Assembly (NCBI GenBank): GCA_035540955.1
Contig: DATLFP010000066.1
Span: 3,055 to 67,054 of the forward strand
Origin: Acidimicrobiales bacterium
Lineage (GTDB): Bacteria > Actinomycetota > Acidimicrobiia > Acidimicrobiales > CADCSY01
Length of the DNA stretch: 64,000 bases
Direction of reading: 5' to 3'
Shown here: positions 8,868 to 16,525 of the stretch, in pieces
How the letters are laid out: each line of letters opens with the position of its first letter
How positions within the stretch are numbered: position 1 is the stretch's first letter
Translations under genes and position numbers: made by a program
Notes under the pieces: generated by a model
Database searches by the model: none
What the model was told of the DNA's origin: nothing
What the model saw: the letters and a program-made list of their open reading frames with translations, nothing else

Positions 8868-10313
8868 TCACGACACCGGAGGCCGGTTGTCGATCTGGGC
8901 CCGCTGCAGGCGTCCCGAGTAGTCGATGTAGACGGTCTTCGTCTCGCTGAACTGCTCGAGCCCCCGCATCCCCGCCTCCCGATACCCGTTGCCGGTGTGC
9001 TTGGTCCCCCCGAAGGGCAGGTGGATCTCGGCGCCGATGGTCGGTGCGTTCACGTACACGATCCCGGTGTCGATCGCCGCCACCGCCCGCAGCGCCCGGT
9101 TGACGTCGCGGGTGTAGACGGCCGCGCTGAGCCCGAAGGCCGCGCCGTTCACCACGTCGACCGCCTCGTCGAGCGTCGCCGCCTCGATCACCGAGAGGAC
9201 GGGGCCGAACACCTCCTCGCGGGCGATGAAGGCGTCGCCGGCGACACCGGTCAGCACCGTGGGGCGCACGAAGGTGCCGCCCTCGCAGCCGTCGACGTCG
9301 CGGACGACCTCACCCCCGGTCACGACCGTGGCGCCGTCGGCCACCGCCCGCTCCACCATGGCCAGGATGCGATCACCGTCGCCGCTCGTGATGACCGGGC
9401 CGACGTCGGTCGCGGGGTCCGTGGGATCGCCGAGCCGGAGCTGCTCGGCGCGTGTCGAGATCCGCTCGACGAGCTCGCCGGCGACGGCGGGGTGCACGAT
9501 CAGCCGCGACGTGGACGTGCACCGCTGCCCGGCGGTGCCGAACGCTCCGAACAGCGCACCGTCGGCTGCCAGCTCGAGGTCGGCGTCCTCCAGGACGACC
9601 ATCGCGTTCTTGCCGCCGAGCTCCAAGGAGACGAGGCGGGGGCCGGTCTCCATCGCGGCGGCTGCCACCTTGCGGCCGGTCGGGACCGAGCCGGTGAAGG
9701 AGACGGCCCGTACGCCGGGGTGCACGGTGAGCGCCGCCGCCGGTTCGGCGTGCCCGTGCACCACCTGGACGAGCCCCTCCGGGATGCCGCCGTCGAGGCA
9801 GGCGGCGACGAACGCCTCGGCACACGCAGGCGCGTGCTCGGAGGGCTTGAGGACCATGCCGTTGCCGGCGAGCAGCGCCGGGAAGCACTTCCACGAGGGG
9901 ATGGCGACGGGGAAGTTCCACGGCGTGATCATCCCCACGACGCCGACCGGGTGGCGGGTCGTCCACGCCAGCTTGTCGGCCAGCTCCGACGGGTGGACGG
10001 TGCCCCACGCGGCCCGGCCCTGCCCGGCGACGAAGCCGGCCATGTCGATGGCCTCCTGCACGTCGCCCCCCGCTTCGACGAGCACCTTCCCGGCCTCCCG
10101 CGCCACGAGGTCGGCCAGCGTCGCCTTGCGGGCCGCCAGCACCTCACCGACCGCCGCGATGCGCTCGGCCCGCGCCGGAACCGGCACGCTGGCCCACACC
10201 CGCTGTGCGGATGCCGCCGCCTGCACGGCAGCGTCCACGTCGGCCGCCGTCGACGACGGGAACGTCCCCACGACCTCTGCGGGCCGCGCCGGGTTCGTGC
10301 TGTCGAAGCTCAT
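8868..10313 (-). CDS. NAD(P)-dependent aldehyde dehydrogenase
   Basis: Inside the 1146-aa ORF 8868..12308 the real gene starts at ATG 10313 (MSFDSTNPARPAEVVG...). ALDH signatures present: ITPWNFP, SLELGGKNA and FGTAGQRCTSTSR (catalytic Cys), plus EEVFGPV. Confidence 0.9.
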   Translation of the reverse strand: MSFDSTNPARPAEVVGTFPSSTAADVDAAVQAAASAQRVWASVPVPARAERIAAVGEVLAARKATLADLVAREAGKVLVEAGGDVQEAIDMAGFVAGQGRAAWGTVHPSELADKLAWTTRHPVGVVGMITPWNFPVAIPSWKCFPALLAGNGMVLKPSEHAPACAEAFVAACLDGGIPEGLVQVVHGHAEPAAALTVHPGVRAVSFTGSVPTGRKVAAAAMETGPRLVSLELGGKNAMVVLEDADLELAADGALFGAFGTAGQRCTSTSRLIVHPAVAGELVERISTRAEQLRLGDPTDPATDVGPVITSGDGDRILAMVERAVADGATVVTGGEVVRDVDGCEGGTFVRPTVLTGVAGDAFIAREEVFGPVLSVIEAATLDEAVDVVNGAAFGLSAAVYTRDVNRALRAVAAIDTGIVYVNAPTIGAEIHLPFGGTKHTGNGYREAGMRGLEQFSETKTVYIDYSGRLQRAQIDNRPPVS

Positions 10314-10759
10314 CGGGCCGCCGACACCTTGTAGACGAGGGTGGCGTTGGCGCAGACACGGTCGCTCGGCGACGACCGCACCTCGGCCCGGCAGAACACG
10401 ATCGACCGACCCCGCTGCTCGATCCACCCCTCGGCCACCGCGTCCTCGGCGACGAGTGCGCCGAGGTACTGGACGTTCATGGCCACGGTCAACATGGTGG
10501 GCCGCTCGTCGTAGCCGGTGCCGATGGCCGGCACCACCACGGTGTCGATGAGCGTCGCGATGGCGCCCCCGTGCACGACTCCCGCCGGCTGGTTCAGCTC
10601 GGGGCGGAACGGCAGCCGCATCCGCGCGTAGTCGGTCCGGAGCTCCTCGACCTCGAGACCGATCAGCTGGGGGAAGTAGGTGGCGTCGTCCCAGCGCCCG
10701 AAGCGCGACCACAGGTCGAGCTTGTGGGCCGGGAGCGGTGCGAAGCGGTCGGCGATCAC
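10310..10759 (-). CDS. PaaI-family hotdog-fold thioesterase
   Basis: LGLEVEELRTDYARMRLPFRPELNQPAGVVHGGAIATLIDT is the PaaI/4HBT motif. Its stop overlaps the ALDH start by 4 nt (ATGA). Confidence 0.8.
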   Translation of the reverse strand: MIADRFAPLPAHKLDLWSRFGRWDDATYFPQLIGLEVEELRTDYARMRLPFRPELNQPAGVVHGGAIATLIDTVVVPAIGTGYDERPTMLTVAMNVQYLGALVAEDAVAEGWIEQRGRSIVFCRAEVRSSPSDRVCANATLVYKVSAAR

Positions 10760-10781
10760 GCAGACAACCTACGGTGCCGTC

Positions 10782-12386
10782 GTGCCCGAGCCGCTCGTGC
10801 CGTTCGCCACCGCCCACGCCCCGACCGGGATGGTCTGCTCGGTCGATCACCTGGCCAGCGGCGCCGGGGTGGCGGTGCTGCGGGCTGGTGGGTCGGCCGC
10901 CGATGCGGCCGTCGCCACGAGCGCGGTGCTGGCCGTCACCACCCAGCACATGTGTGGCATGGGTGGCGATCTCTTCGCCCTCGTCCACCACGGGTCGGGG
11001 CCTCCCGAGGTGCTCAACGCATCGGGCCGGGCCGGGAGCGGCGCCGATGCCGACCGGTTGCGGGCCGAGGGCATGACGACGATGCCGTTCCGGGGCCGCA
11101 TCGAGAGCGTCCCGGTGCCGGGATGCGTCGACGGCTGGCTGGCCCTTCACGAGCGTCACGGCCGGCTGCCCCTCGCCGACGTCTTCGCTCCCGCCATCGG
11201 CTACGCCGAGCACGGCTTCCCGGCCTCGCCGACGCTCGCCGCGAGCGTGCCCGCCATCCGCGACATCGAGGGGAGCGACGACTACACGGCGGTGCCGGTG
11301 CGGGCGGGCACGTTGATCCGCCGGCCCCTCGTGGCCGGCGCGCTGCGCGACATCGCCGCGGGCGGCCGCGACGCCTGGTACGGGGGTCCGTTCGGCGAGA
11401 GCCTCCTCGAGCTCGGCACCCGCGCGGGCGGCGCTGGTGCGGGCGCCGAGTACACCGTCGCCGACCTCGAGCGGCACCACGCCGACTGGGTGGCGCCGCT
11501 CGGCGTGCGGGTGTGGGGCCACGACGTGTGGACCGTGCCGCCGAACAGCCAGGGGTACCTCACCCTCGCCGGGGCCTGGATCGCCGAGGGGCTCGACCTC
11601 CCCGACGACCCGGACGATCCGTCGTGGGCTCACCTGCTGATCGAAGCGGCGCGCCAGGCCGCGTTCGACCGCGTCGAGGTCCTGCACGAGCGCGCCGAGG
11701 GCCCCGCCCTCGTCGCGCCGGCCCGTCTCGCACCGCGGCGGGCGGCGATCGACCCCGACGCCGCGGCCCCGCTGGGCGATGGGTACCGGGACGGGGGCAC
11801 GATCCACCTCGCGGCCGTCGACGGCGATCGGATGGGCGTGTCGCTCATCCAGTCGAACGCGTCCGGCTGGGGGTGCGGGCTCGCCGTCCCGCGCGTGCGG
11901 GTCTTCCTGCAGAACCGCGGCTACGGCTTCTCGCTCGTCGCCGGCCACCCGGCGGAGTACGGACCGGGTCGGCGCCCGCCGCACACCCTGAGCCCCGCCC
12001 TCGTCACCCGGCCCGACGGCGCCCTGCAGCAGGTGATCGGGACGATGGGCGGCGACACCCAGCCGCAGATCCTGCTGCAGCTCCTGGCTCGGCTGCTCCG
12101 CCACGGCCAGTCGCCCGGGCGTGCCGTCGCCGCCGGACGCTGGGGCCTCGCCGGCGGCCAGAGCGGCTTCGACACCTGGCAGGACCGGGGTCGGGTCACC
12201 GTCCGGATCGAGGGCCATGCCTCCGAGCGGTGGGCCGACGGGTTGGTCACGCGAGGCCACGAGGTCGCCGTCACCGGGGCGTTCGACCACGGCGTCGGCC
12301 ACGCCCACGTCATCGCCGTCGACGGCGACGTGCTCGCCGGCGCGAGCGACCCGCGGGCCCGGACAGGCGCCGCCTCCGGCTACTGA
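10782..12386 (+). CDS. ggt: gamma-glutamyltransferase family protein
   Basis: GGSAADAAVATSAVLAVTTQHMCGMGGDLFALV, the autoprocessing/nucleophile region ...DGGTIHLAAVD, and the TMGGDTQPQ block are typical of GGT. First plausible start is GTG 10782; upstream codons overlap the thioesterase on the other strand. Confidence 0.85.
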   Translation: MPEPLVPFATAHAPTGMVCSVDHLASGAGVAVLRAGGSAADAAVATSAVLAVTTQHMCGMGGDLFALVHHGSGPPEVLNASGRAGSGADADRLRAEGMTTMPFRGRIESVPVPGCVDGWLALHERHGRLPLADVFAPAIGYAEHGFPASPTLAASVPAIRDIEGSDDYTAVPVRAGTLIRRPLVAGALRDIAAGGRDAWYGGPFGESLLELGTRAGGAGAGAEYTVADLERHHADWVAPLGVRVWGHDVWTVPPNSQGYLTLAGAWIAEGLDLPDDPDDPSWAHLLIEAARQAAFDRVEVLHERAEGPALVAPARLAPRRAAIDPDAAAPLGDGYRDGGTIHLAAVDGDRMGVSLIQSNASGWGCGLAVPRVRVFLQNRGYGFSLVAGHPAEYGPGRRPPHTLSPALVTRPDGALQQVIGTMGGDTQPQILLQLLARLLRHGQSPGRAVAAGRWGLAGGQSGFDTWQDRGRVTVRIEGHASERWADGLVTRGHEVAVTGAFDHGVGHAHVIAVDGDVLAGASDPRARTGAASGY

Positions 12387-12401
12387 CGCCGCGACGCACG
12401 A

Positions 12402-12429
12402 CGGCCGGCCCCCGGAAGGGGGCCGGCCG
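12402..12429. terminator. perfect 12-bp GC hairpin with GGAA tetraloop (intrinsic-terminator-like, no U-tract)
   Basis: cggccggccccc-ggaa-gggggccggccg read directly. It begins 16 nt after the ggt stop and lies between convergent genes. Confidence 0.6.
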
Positions 12430-12499
12430 CTGCGGACTGCCGGCAGCGTCGTTGGTGCCGGGTCCTGCTGGGGGATGGTGGGGGGAAGAGCTGTGCGGA

Positions 12500-12576
12500 G
12501 CTACGCGACCTGTCTCGAGGTCGCTTCGCCGGCTACGCGAGCCTGTCTCGAGGTCGCTTCGCCCGGCTACGCGACC
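12500..12576. repeat. tandem direct repeat, about 33 bp x 2.3 copies, each copy with an internal short hairpin
   Basis: Units are gctacgcgacctgtctcgaggtcgcttcgccg, gctacgcgagcctgtctcgaggtcgcttcgcccg and gctacgcgacc. Each full unit contains GCGACC...GGTCGC arms around a CTCGAG centre. The last partial unit overlaps the stop of the minus-strand gene 12567..12893. Confidence 0.75.
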
Positions 12577-12893
12577 TTGCGCAGCGGGCTGTGGGCCCCG
12601 AGGGTCTCGTCCTTCGTTGCATGGTCGTGGGTGAGGTAGCCGAAGATCGCCCGCCACCCGCTGGTCATGCCAGCGACGCAGAAGCCGGTGATCCACACAC
12701 CCACGGTCCGGTCGTCGATGGCGGTCTGGAACCCGTCGAACATGGACCAGTTCAGGAGCAACGTCGACCCGATGGCGACCACGAAGGTGGCCAGCGAGCG
12801 CATCCGATCGAGCATCGGCACGTTGTCAGCGAGGAAGTCCACGAGCTTCACGGTTGCCAGCGCCAGGAGGGCGACGATCGCGAACGTGTACAT
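12567..12893 (-). CDS. small 3-TM membrane protein, unknown function
   Basis: MYTFAIVALLALATVKLVDFL...TFVVAIGSTLLLNW...VWITGFCVAGMTSGW has three hydrophobic helices and a hydrophilic tail. By eye it is noticeably less GC-rich than its neighbours. Confidence 0.55.
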   Translation of the reverse strand: MYTFAIVALLALATVKLVDFLADNVPMLDRMRSLATFVVAIGSTLLLNWSMFDGFQTAIDDRTVGVWITGFCVAGMTSGWRAIFGYLTHDHATKDETLGAHSPLRKVA

Positions 12894-12954
12894 GGAACGC
12901 TCCTTTCGGGTACTGCCGCTCTGGCCGCACCCGGAAAGTCAGACCCGCGCCACG

Positions 12955-13025
12955 CTGCGGGGTCACATGACGAGTTGCCGACGCTCGTGTTTCCAATGTT
13001 GCTGATGTGACAGATGTGGTCACTC
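12955..13025. promoter_or_regulatory. divergent promoter/operator candidate region with clustered GTCAC/GTGAC half-sites
   Basis: This is the AT-richest stretch I noticed in the left part of the window. It contains GGTCACATGAC (12961-12971) and GATGTGACAGATGTGGTCAC (13003-13023). GTGAC and GTCAC form a 5-bp inverted repeat with an 8-nt spacer, just upstream of the wHTH gene at 13048. Confidence 0.3.
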
Positions 13026-13047
13026 AGGGCAGGCGCGAAGCGGGCGA

Positions 13048-13950
13048 ATGGAGAACACTGAAGCGATGGAGCACCCGGAGATCGCGCCCGACCTCCTGGG
13101 CCGCACCTCGGCGCGCCTCCTGGCCGCCGGCATCGGCCGCCGGGCCCGGCTCGACGCCCTGCACCTCCTCGCCGTCCTCGACGCCAGCACCGACGCCACC
13201 GGTGTGGTGCGGCGTCCGCTCGACGACCTCGCCGCCGAGTTCGAGCTCGAACCCCTCTCGGTCATCGTCGCCCTCGACCACCTCGAGCGCGCCGGCGCCG
13301 TGCAGCGCGTCGGCGACCACGTCGCCCTCGCCGGGCACGAGGGCGACACCGTCGGGGGCATGCAGCTCGCCGGGTTCCTCGACGACGTCCGAGCGTCCTT
13401 CGATGGTGGTCACGGAACCCCGGCGCCCCGTCGCGCCCGCCGCGTCGCCCGCGCCGGCGTGGCGCTCGTGGCGGCGGCCGCCGCCATCGCCGTCGTGACC
13501 ATCGCCCCGTCGAACCCGCCGGCCGCCGACACGCCCCTCGCCGTCGCCACCTCGACCACCGCCACGCCCGCATCGTCATCGAGCACGGCGCCGCCGACCG
13601 CGGTCGCCCCCACCACGACGCAGGCTCAGGTCCCGGTTCCGACGGCCGACGCGGTGCCCGCCGCGCCCCTGCCCGCTCCCGAGACCACCGTCGCCGCAGC
13701 GTCGTGCCCGACGGGCTCGCCCGTCGCCGAGGTCATCGACGGCATCATCCGCATCACGAACCCGACCGACGAGGATGTCGTGGTGGAAGCCGGCGCCATC
13801 GACGGGGTCATCCTCACCGAGGCGGTCGTCGTTTCCGCGGGGACGTCCGTCATCCGTCCGGCGCCGGGCGCGCTCTTGATCCCGGCCCACGCCCTGACCG
13901 ATGGTTGGGCGTGGCACGACGCGACGGTGGCGCGCACCTGTCCCGCGTGA
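13048..13950 (+). CDS. membrane-anchored protein: N-terminal winged-helix-like domain, one TM helix, Ala/Pro/Thr-rich linker, about 90-aa extracytoplasmic domain with 2 Cys
   Basis: N-terminus: LHLLAVLDASTDATGVVRRPLDDLAAEFELEPLSVIVALDHLERAGAVQRVGDHVAL (MarR/PadR-like wHTH pattern). TM helix: AGVALVAAAAAIAVVTIA. Low-complexity linker: TTATPASSSSTAPPTAVAPTTTQAQ. C-terminal domain: CPTGSPVAEVIDGIIRITNPTDEDVVVEAG...ARTCPA. Confidence 0.6.
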   Translation: MENTEAMEHPEIAPDLLGRTSARLLAAGIGRRARLDALHLLAVLDASTDATGVVRRPLDDLAAEFELEPLSVIVALDHLERAGAVQRVGDHVALAGHEGDTVGGMQLAGFLDDVRASFDGGHGTPAPRRARRVARAGVALVAAAAAIAVVTIAPSNPPAADTPLAVATSTTATPASSSSTAPPTAVAPTTTQAQVPVPTADAVPAAPLPAPETTVAAASCPTGSPVAEVIDGIIRITNPTDEDVVVEAGAIDGVILTEAVVVSAGTSVIRPAPGALLIPAHALTDGWAWHDATVARTCPA

Positions 13951-14522
13951 ACCTGGCCTGGTACGCCGCCTACGGCTCCAACACCGACGAGGGGCGCTTC
14001 CGCCGCTACCTGACCGGCTGCCGGGCGCCGGTCGAGCCGATCGACAGCCGACCCCTGGTCATCGACCTGCCGCTCTACTTCGCCGAACGCCGGTCCCGGA
14101 CCTGGGGCGTGGGCGGCGTGGCGTTCGCCGGCCCTGACCGGGACGACGAGCCGTCCACCCTCGCCCGGGCGTGGCTGCTCCCCGCGCCCCGCATCGCCGA
14201 GATCGGCGCCCAGGAGAACGGCCTCCCGCTCGACGCCGCCGCGCTCGACCCCGACGGTGGGGACCAGGTCGCCTTCCCCGATCGCTGGTACGACGTGTGG
14301 CGGCGATGCGGCGCGCTCGAGGGCCATCCTGTCTTCACGCTCACGTCGTCGTCGTCCCGGACCCCGTGCACAACCCCCGGGCGCCCGTACGCGGCGACCG
14401 TGGCTGCCGGACTCCGCCACACGCATGGTCTGTCGCCGGCAGCGACCGCGGCCTACCTCGCCACGCGCACGAACCTGCCCGTCGCCACGTTGATGGCATG
14501 GCAGGGCGCAGGAAACGGGTAA
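13947..14522 (+). CDS. gamma-glutamylcyclotransferase (GGCT/AIG2)-like protein
   Basis: GTG 13947 overlaps the upstream stop (GTGA). N-terminal WYAAYGSNTDEGRF resembles the GGCT YFAYGSNL motif. IAEIGAQENGLPLD resembles the GGCT Glu-containing region and the GAKENGLPLEY block of human GGCT as I remember it. Confidence 0.55.
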   Translation: MNLAWYAAYGSNTDEGRFRRYLTGCRAPVEPIDSRPLVIDLPLYFAERRSRTWGVGGVAFAGPDRDDEPSTLARAWLLPAPRIAEIGAQENGLPLDAAALDPDGGDQVAFPDRWYDVWRRCGALEGHPVFTLTSSSSRTPCTTPGRPYAATVAAGLRHTHGLSPAATAAYLATRTNLPVATLMAWQGAGNG

Positions 14523-14532
14523 CCGGGAGCGA

Positions 14533-15267
14533 ATGGGTGAGCCGATCGTCCGGGTGGCGGACAGCAACGTGACGGTCGGTCCCAAGGTCATCGTCCTGGG
14601 CCGCCAGGGGTCGGGCAAGGGCACGCAGTGCGCCCGCCTGGCCGAGCACCTCGCGATCCCCCACATCAGCACCGGCGATCTGTTCCGGGCTGCCATCGCC
14701 GCCGACACCGGCCTCGGACGGCGGGCGAAGGCGTTCGTCGACCGCGGCGCGCTCGTCCCCGACGAGCTCGTGCTCGACCTCGTCGCCTCGCACCTGGGCG
14801 GCGTCGCCGCCCGGCGCAGCGGCTACCTCCTCGACGGCTTTCCCCGCACGCTGGCACAGGGCCAAGCTCTGTTCGAGGTCCTCGGCGCCGGTGCCGCCGA
14901 CCTCGCCGTGGAGCTCCACGTTCCCACTGAGGTGGTGGTGCCGCGGCTGGCGGCGCGGCGGGTGTGCCGCGACTGCGGAGCCGTCACCGCCGCGCCGGAC
15001 GGCGTGACCCATCACCTGGCGTGCTCGTGCGGCGGCATCGCCACGCGCCGCGACGACGACACCGACGAGGCGATCGCCCGGCGGCTCGCCCTCTACGATG
15101 AGGAGTCGGCCCCCCTCCTCCTCTGGCTGGGAGAGGAGGGGCTCCTCGTGACCGTCGACGGCGTCGGCACGCCCGAGGAGGTGTTCGCCCGGCTCGACGC
15201 CGCGGTGCAGCCGCGGCTCGCCCGCCTGCGGGCGACCACGACGCGTCGCAGCGAGCGTCCGACGTAA
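14533..15267 (+). CDS. adk: adenylate kinase paralogue (atypical P-loop, Cys4 LID, C-terminal extension)
   Basis: Motifs VIVLGRQGSGKGTQCARLAEHLAIPHISTGDLFR, GYLLDGFPRT, LID RRVCRDCGAV...LACSCGGIATRRDDD, and IARRLALY. An alternative start, GTG 14569, would give a more typical short N-terminus. Confidence 0.8.
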   Translation: MGEPIVRVADSNVTVGPKVIVLGRQGSGKGTQCARLAEHLAIPHISTGDLFRAAIAADTGLGRRAKAFVDRGALVPDELVLDLVASHLGGVAARRSGYLLDGFPRTLAQGQALFEVLGAGAADLAVELHVPTEVVVPRLAARRVCRDCGAVTAAPDGVTHHLACSCGGIATRRDDDTDEAIARRLALYDEESAPLLLWLGEEGLLVTVDGVGTPEEVFARLDAAVQPRLARLRATTTRRSERPT

Positions 15268-15277
15268 CGTCGGCGCC

Positions 15278-16471
15278 GTGCCGACGCACGGAGAGGGCCC
15301 GCTGGCGGGCATCAGGGTCCTCGACTTCTCGCGCGTGTACTCCGGCCCCTTCTGCGGGCGGGCGCTGTCGGACCTGGGTGCCGACGTCGTCAAGATCGAG
15401 CCGCCCGATGGCGACCTGAGCCGGTTCCTCGGGGTGCGGTCGGGATCCATGTCGCTGTACCACGCACAGCAGAACGCCGGGAAGCGCAACATCAGCCTCG
15501 ACCTGAACCGCCCCGAGAGCCGCGACCTGCTGCTCCAGCTGGCGGCGACCGCCGACGTGGTGCTCGAGAACTTCCGCCCCGGGGTCATGGCCCGGTTCGG
15601 GCTCGGCTACGACGAGGTCGCCGCGGTCAACCCGCGCCTCGTGTACGCCTCGCTCACCGGCTGGGGCCAGGACGGGCCATGGCGGGACCGCCGCGCCTAC
15701 GCCGTCATCGTGCACGCGGAAGCCGGCCTCACCGCCGGCGTCATCGAGCGGGGCGGCGATCCCCGCAACGACGGCTACTCCCACGCCGACGTGTACGCCG
15801 GCCTGGAGTGCACGATCGCGATCCTCGCCGCCCTCCAGCAGCGATCGCGCACGGGCCGCGGCCAGCACGTCGACGTGGCCATGGCGTCGTCGCTCCTCCA
15901 CGTGAACGAGCACGTGAGCGGCGAGCTCCACGGCGCCGCGCGCGGACCCGGGCCCCACCTCTACCGCACCCGCGATGGTCGGTGGTCGACCACCTCGGCC
16001 GACGTGTGGGCGCCGGGGGTCTTCGAGCTCTTCTGCAAGGCCATGGATCGCGCCGACCTGCTCACCGACGAGCGGTTCGCCGATGAGCGGACCCGGTCCC
16101 GCAACCGCGACGCGCTCGTCGCCATCGTCGAGGCGTGGGTCGGGACCTTCGAGACCGCGGCCGACCTGGAGGCCGCCCTCGACGAGGTGCGCCTGCCGGT
16201 CGGGGTCGTCCGATCGGTGTCGGAGCTGGCCGCCACCGACTGGGCCGTCGAGCGAGAAGCCATCACGGTGGTGAGCGACCGATCGGGTGGCACCATCCAC
16301 ATCCCGTCGTCGCCGTGGCGCTTCTCCGACGCCGACGCCGGCGTCCGCCGCGAGCCGGCGTGGCGAGGTGAGCACAACCGCGAGGTGCTCCTCGAGGCCG
16401 GGTTCACCGACGTCGAGATCGACCGGCTCGAAGCCGACGGCGTGCTCTCCCAACGACCGCCCCGATCGTGA
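15278..16471 (+). CDS. CoA-transferase family III (CaiB/BaiF-like)
   Basis: LAGIRVLDFSRVYSGPFCGRALSDLGADVVKIEPPDGD is the canonical family III N-terminal block. 397 aa, starting 10 nt after adk. Confidence 0.85.
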   Translation: MPTHGEGPLAGIRVLDFSRVYSGPFCGRALSDLGADVVKIEPPDGDLSRFLGVRSGSMSLYHAQQNAGKRNISLDLNRPESRDLLLQLAATADVVLENFRPGVMARFGLGYDEVAAVNPRLVYASLTGWGQDGPWRDRRAYAVIVHAEAGLTAGVIERGGDPRNDGYSHADVYAGLECTIAILAALQQRSRTGRGQHVDVAMASSLLHVNEHVSGELHGAARGPGPHLYRTRDGRWSTTSADVWAPGVFELFCKAMDRADLLTDERFADERTRSRNRDALVAIVEAWVGTFETAADLEAALDEVRLPVGVVRSVSELAATDWAVEREAITVVSDRSGGTIHIPSSPWRFSDADAGVRREPAWRGEHNREVLLEAGFTDVEIDRLEADGVLSQRPPRS

Positions 16472-16525
16472 CCGGCCCCCACGGTGCGGTCGTCGGGCGG
16501 CGGCCCCTCTAACCTGCCCGCAGTC

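Noticed and set aside
8868-12308. 1146-aa ORF that would fuse the aldehyde dehydrogenase to a long N-terminal region
   Set aside because: Only the last 481 codons (from ATG 10313) are protein-like. The upstream part is Arg/Pro/Gly-rich and is antisense to the well-supported ggt gene and out of frame with the PaaI thioesterase gene on the same strand.
12500-12576. Possible CRISPR array
   Set aside because: There are only 2.3 directly abutting copies with no spacers, and no cas genes are in the window. It is a simple tandem repeat.
10205-12634. 809-aa plus-strand ORF, with other long alternative-frame plus ORFs such as 35122..37503, 26365..27957 and 20812..22797
   Set aside because: These are out of frame with, or antisense to, recognised genes. 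They have Arg/Pro-rich composition and no recognisable domain.
12567-12893. Small 3-TM protein as a phage holin or prophage remnant
   Set aside because: No endolysin, integrase, capsid or other phage-like gene is adjacent. Topology alone is insufficient evidence.
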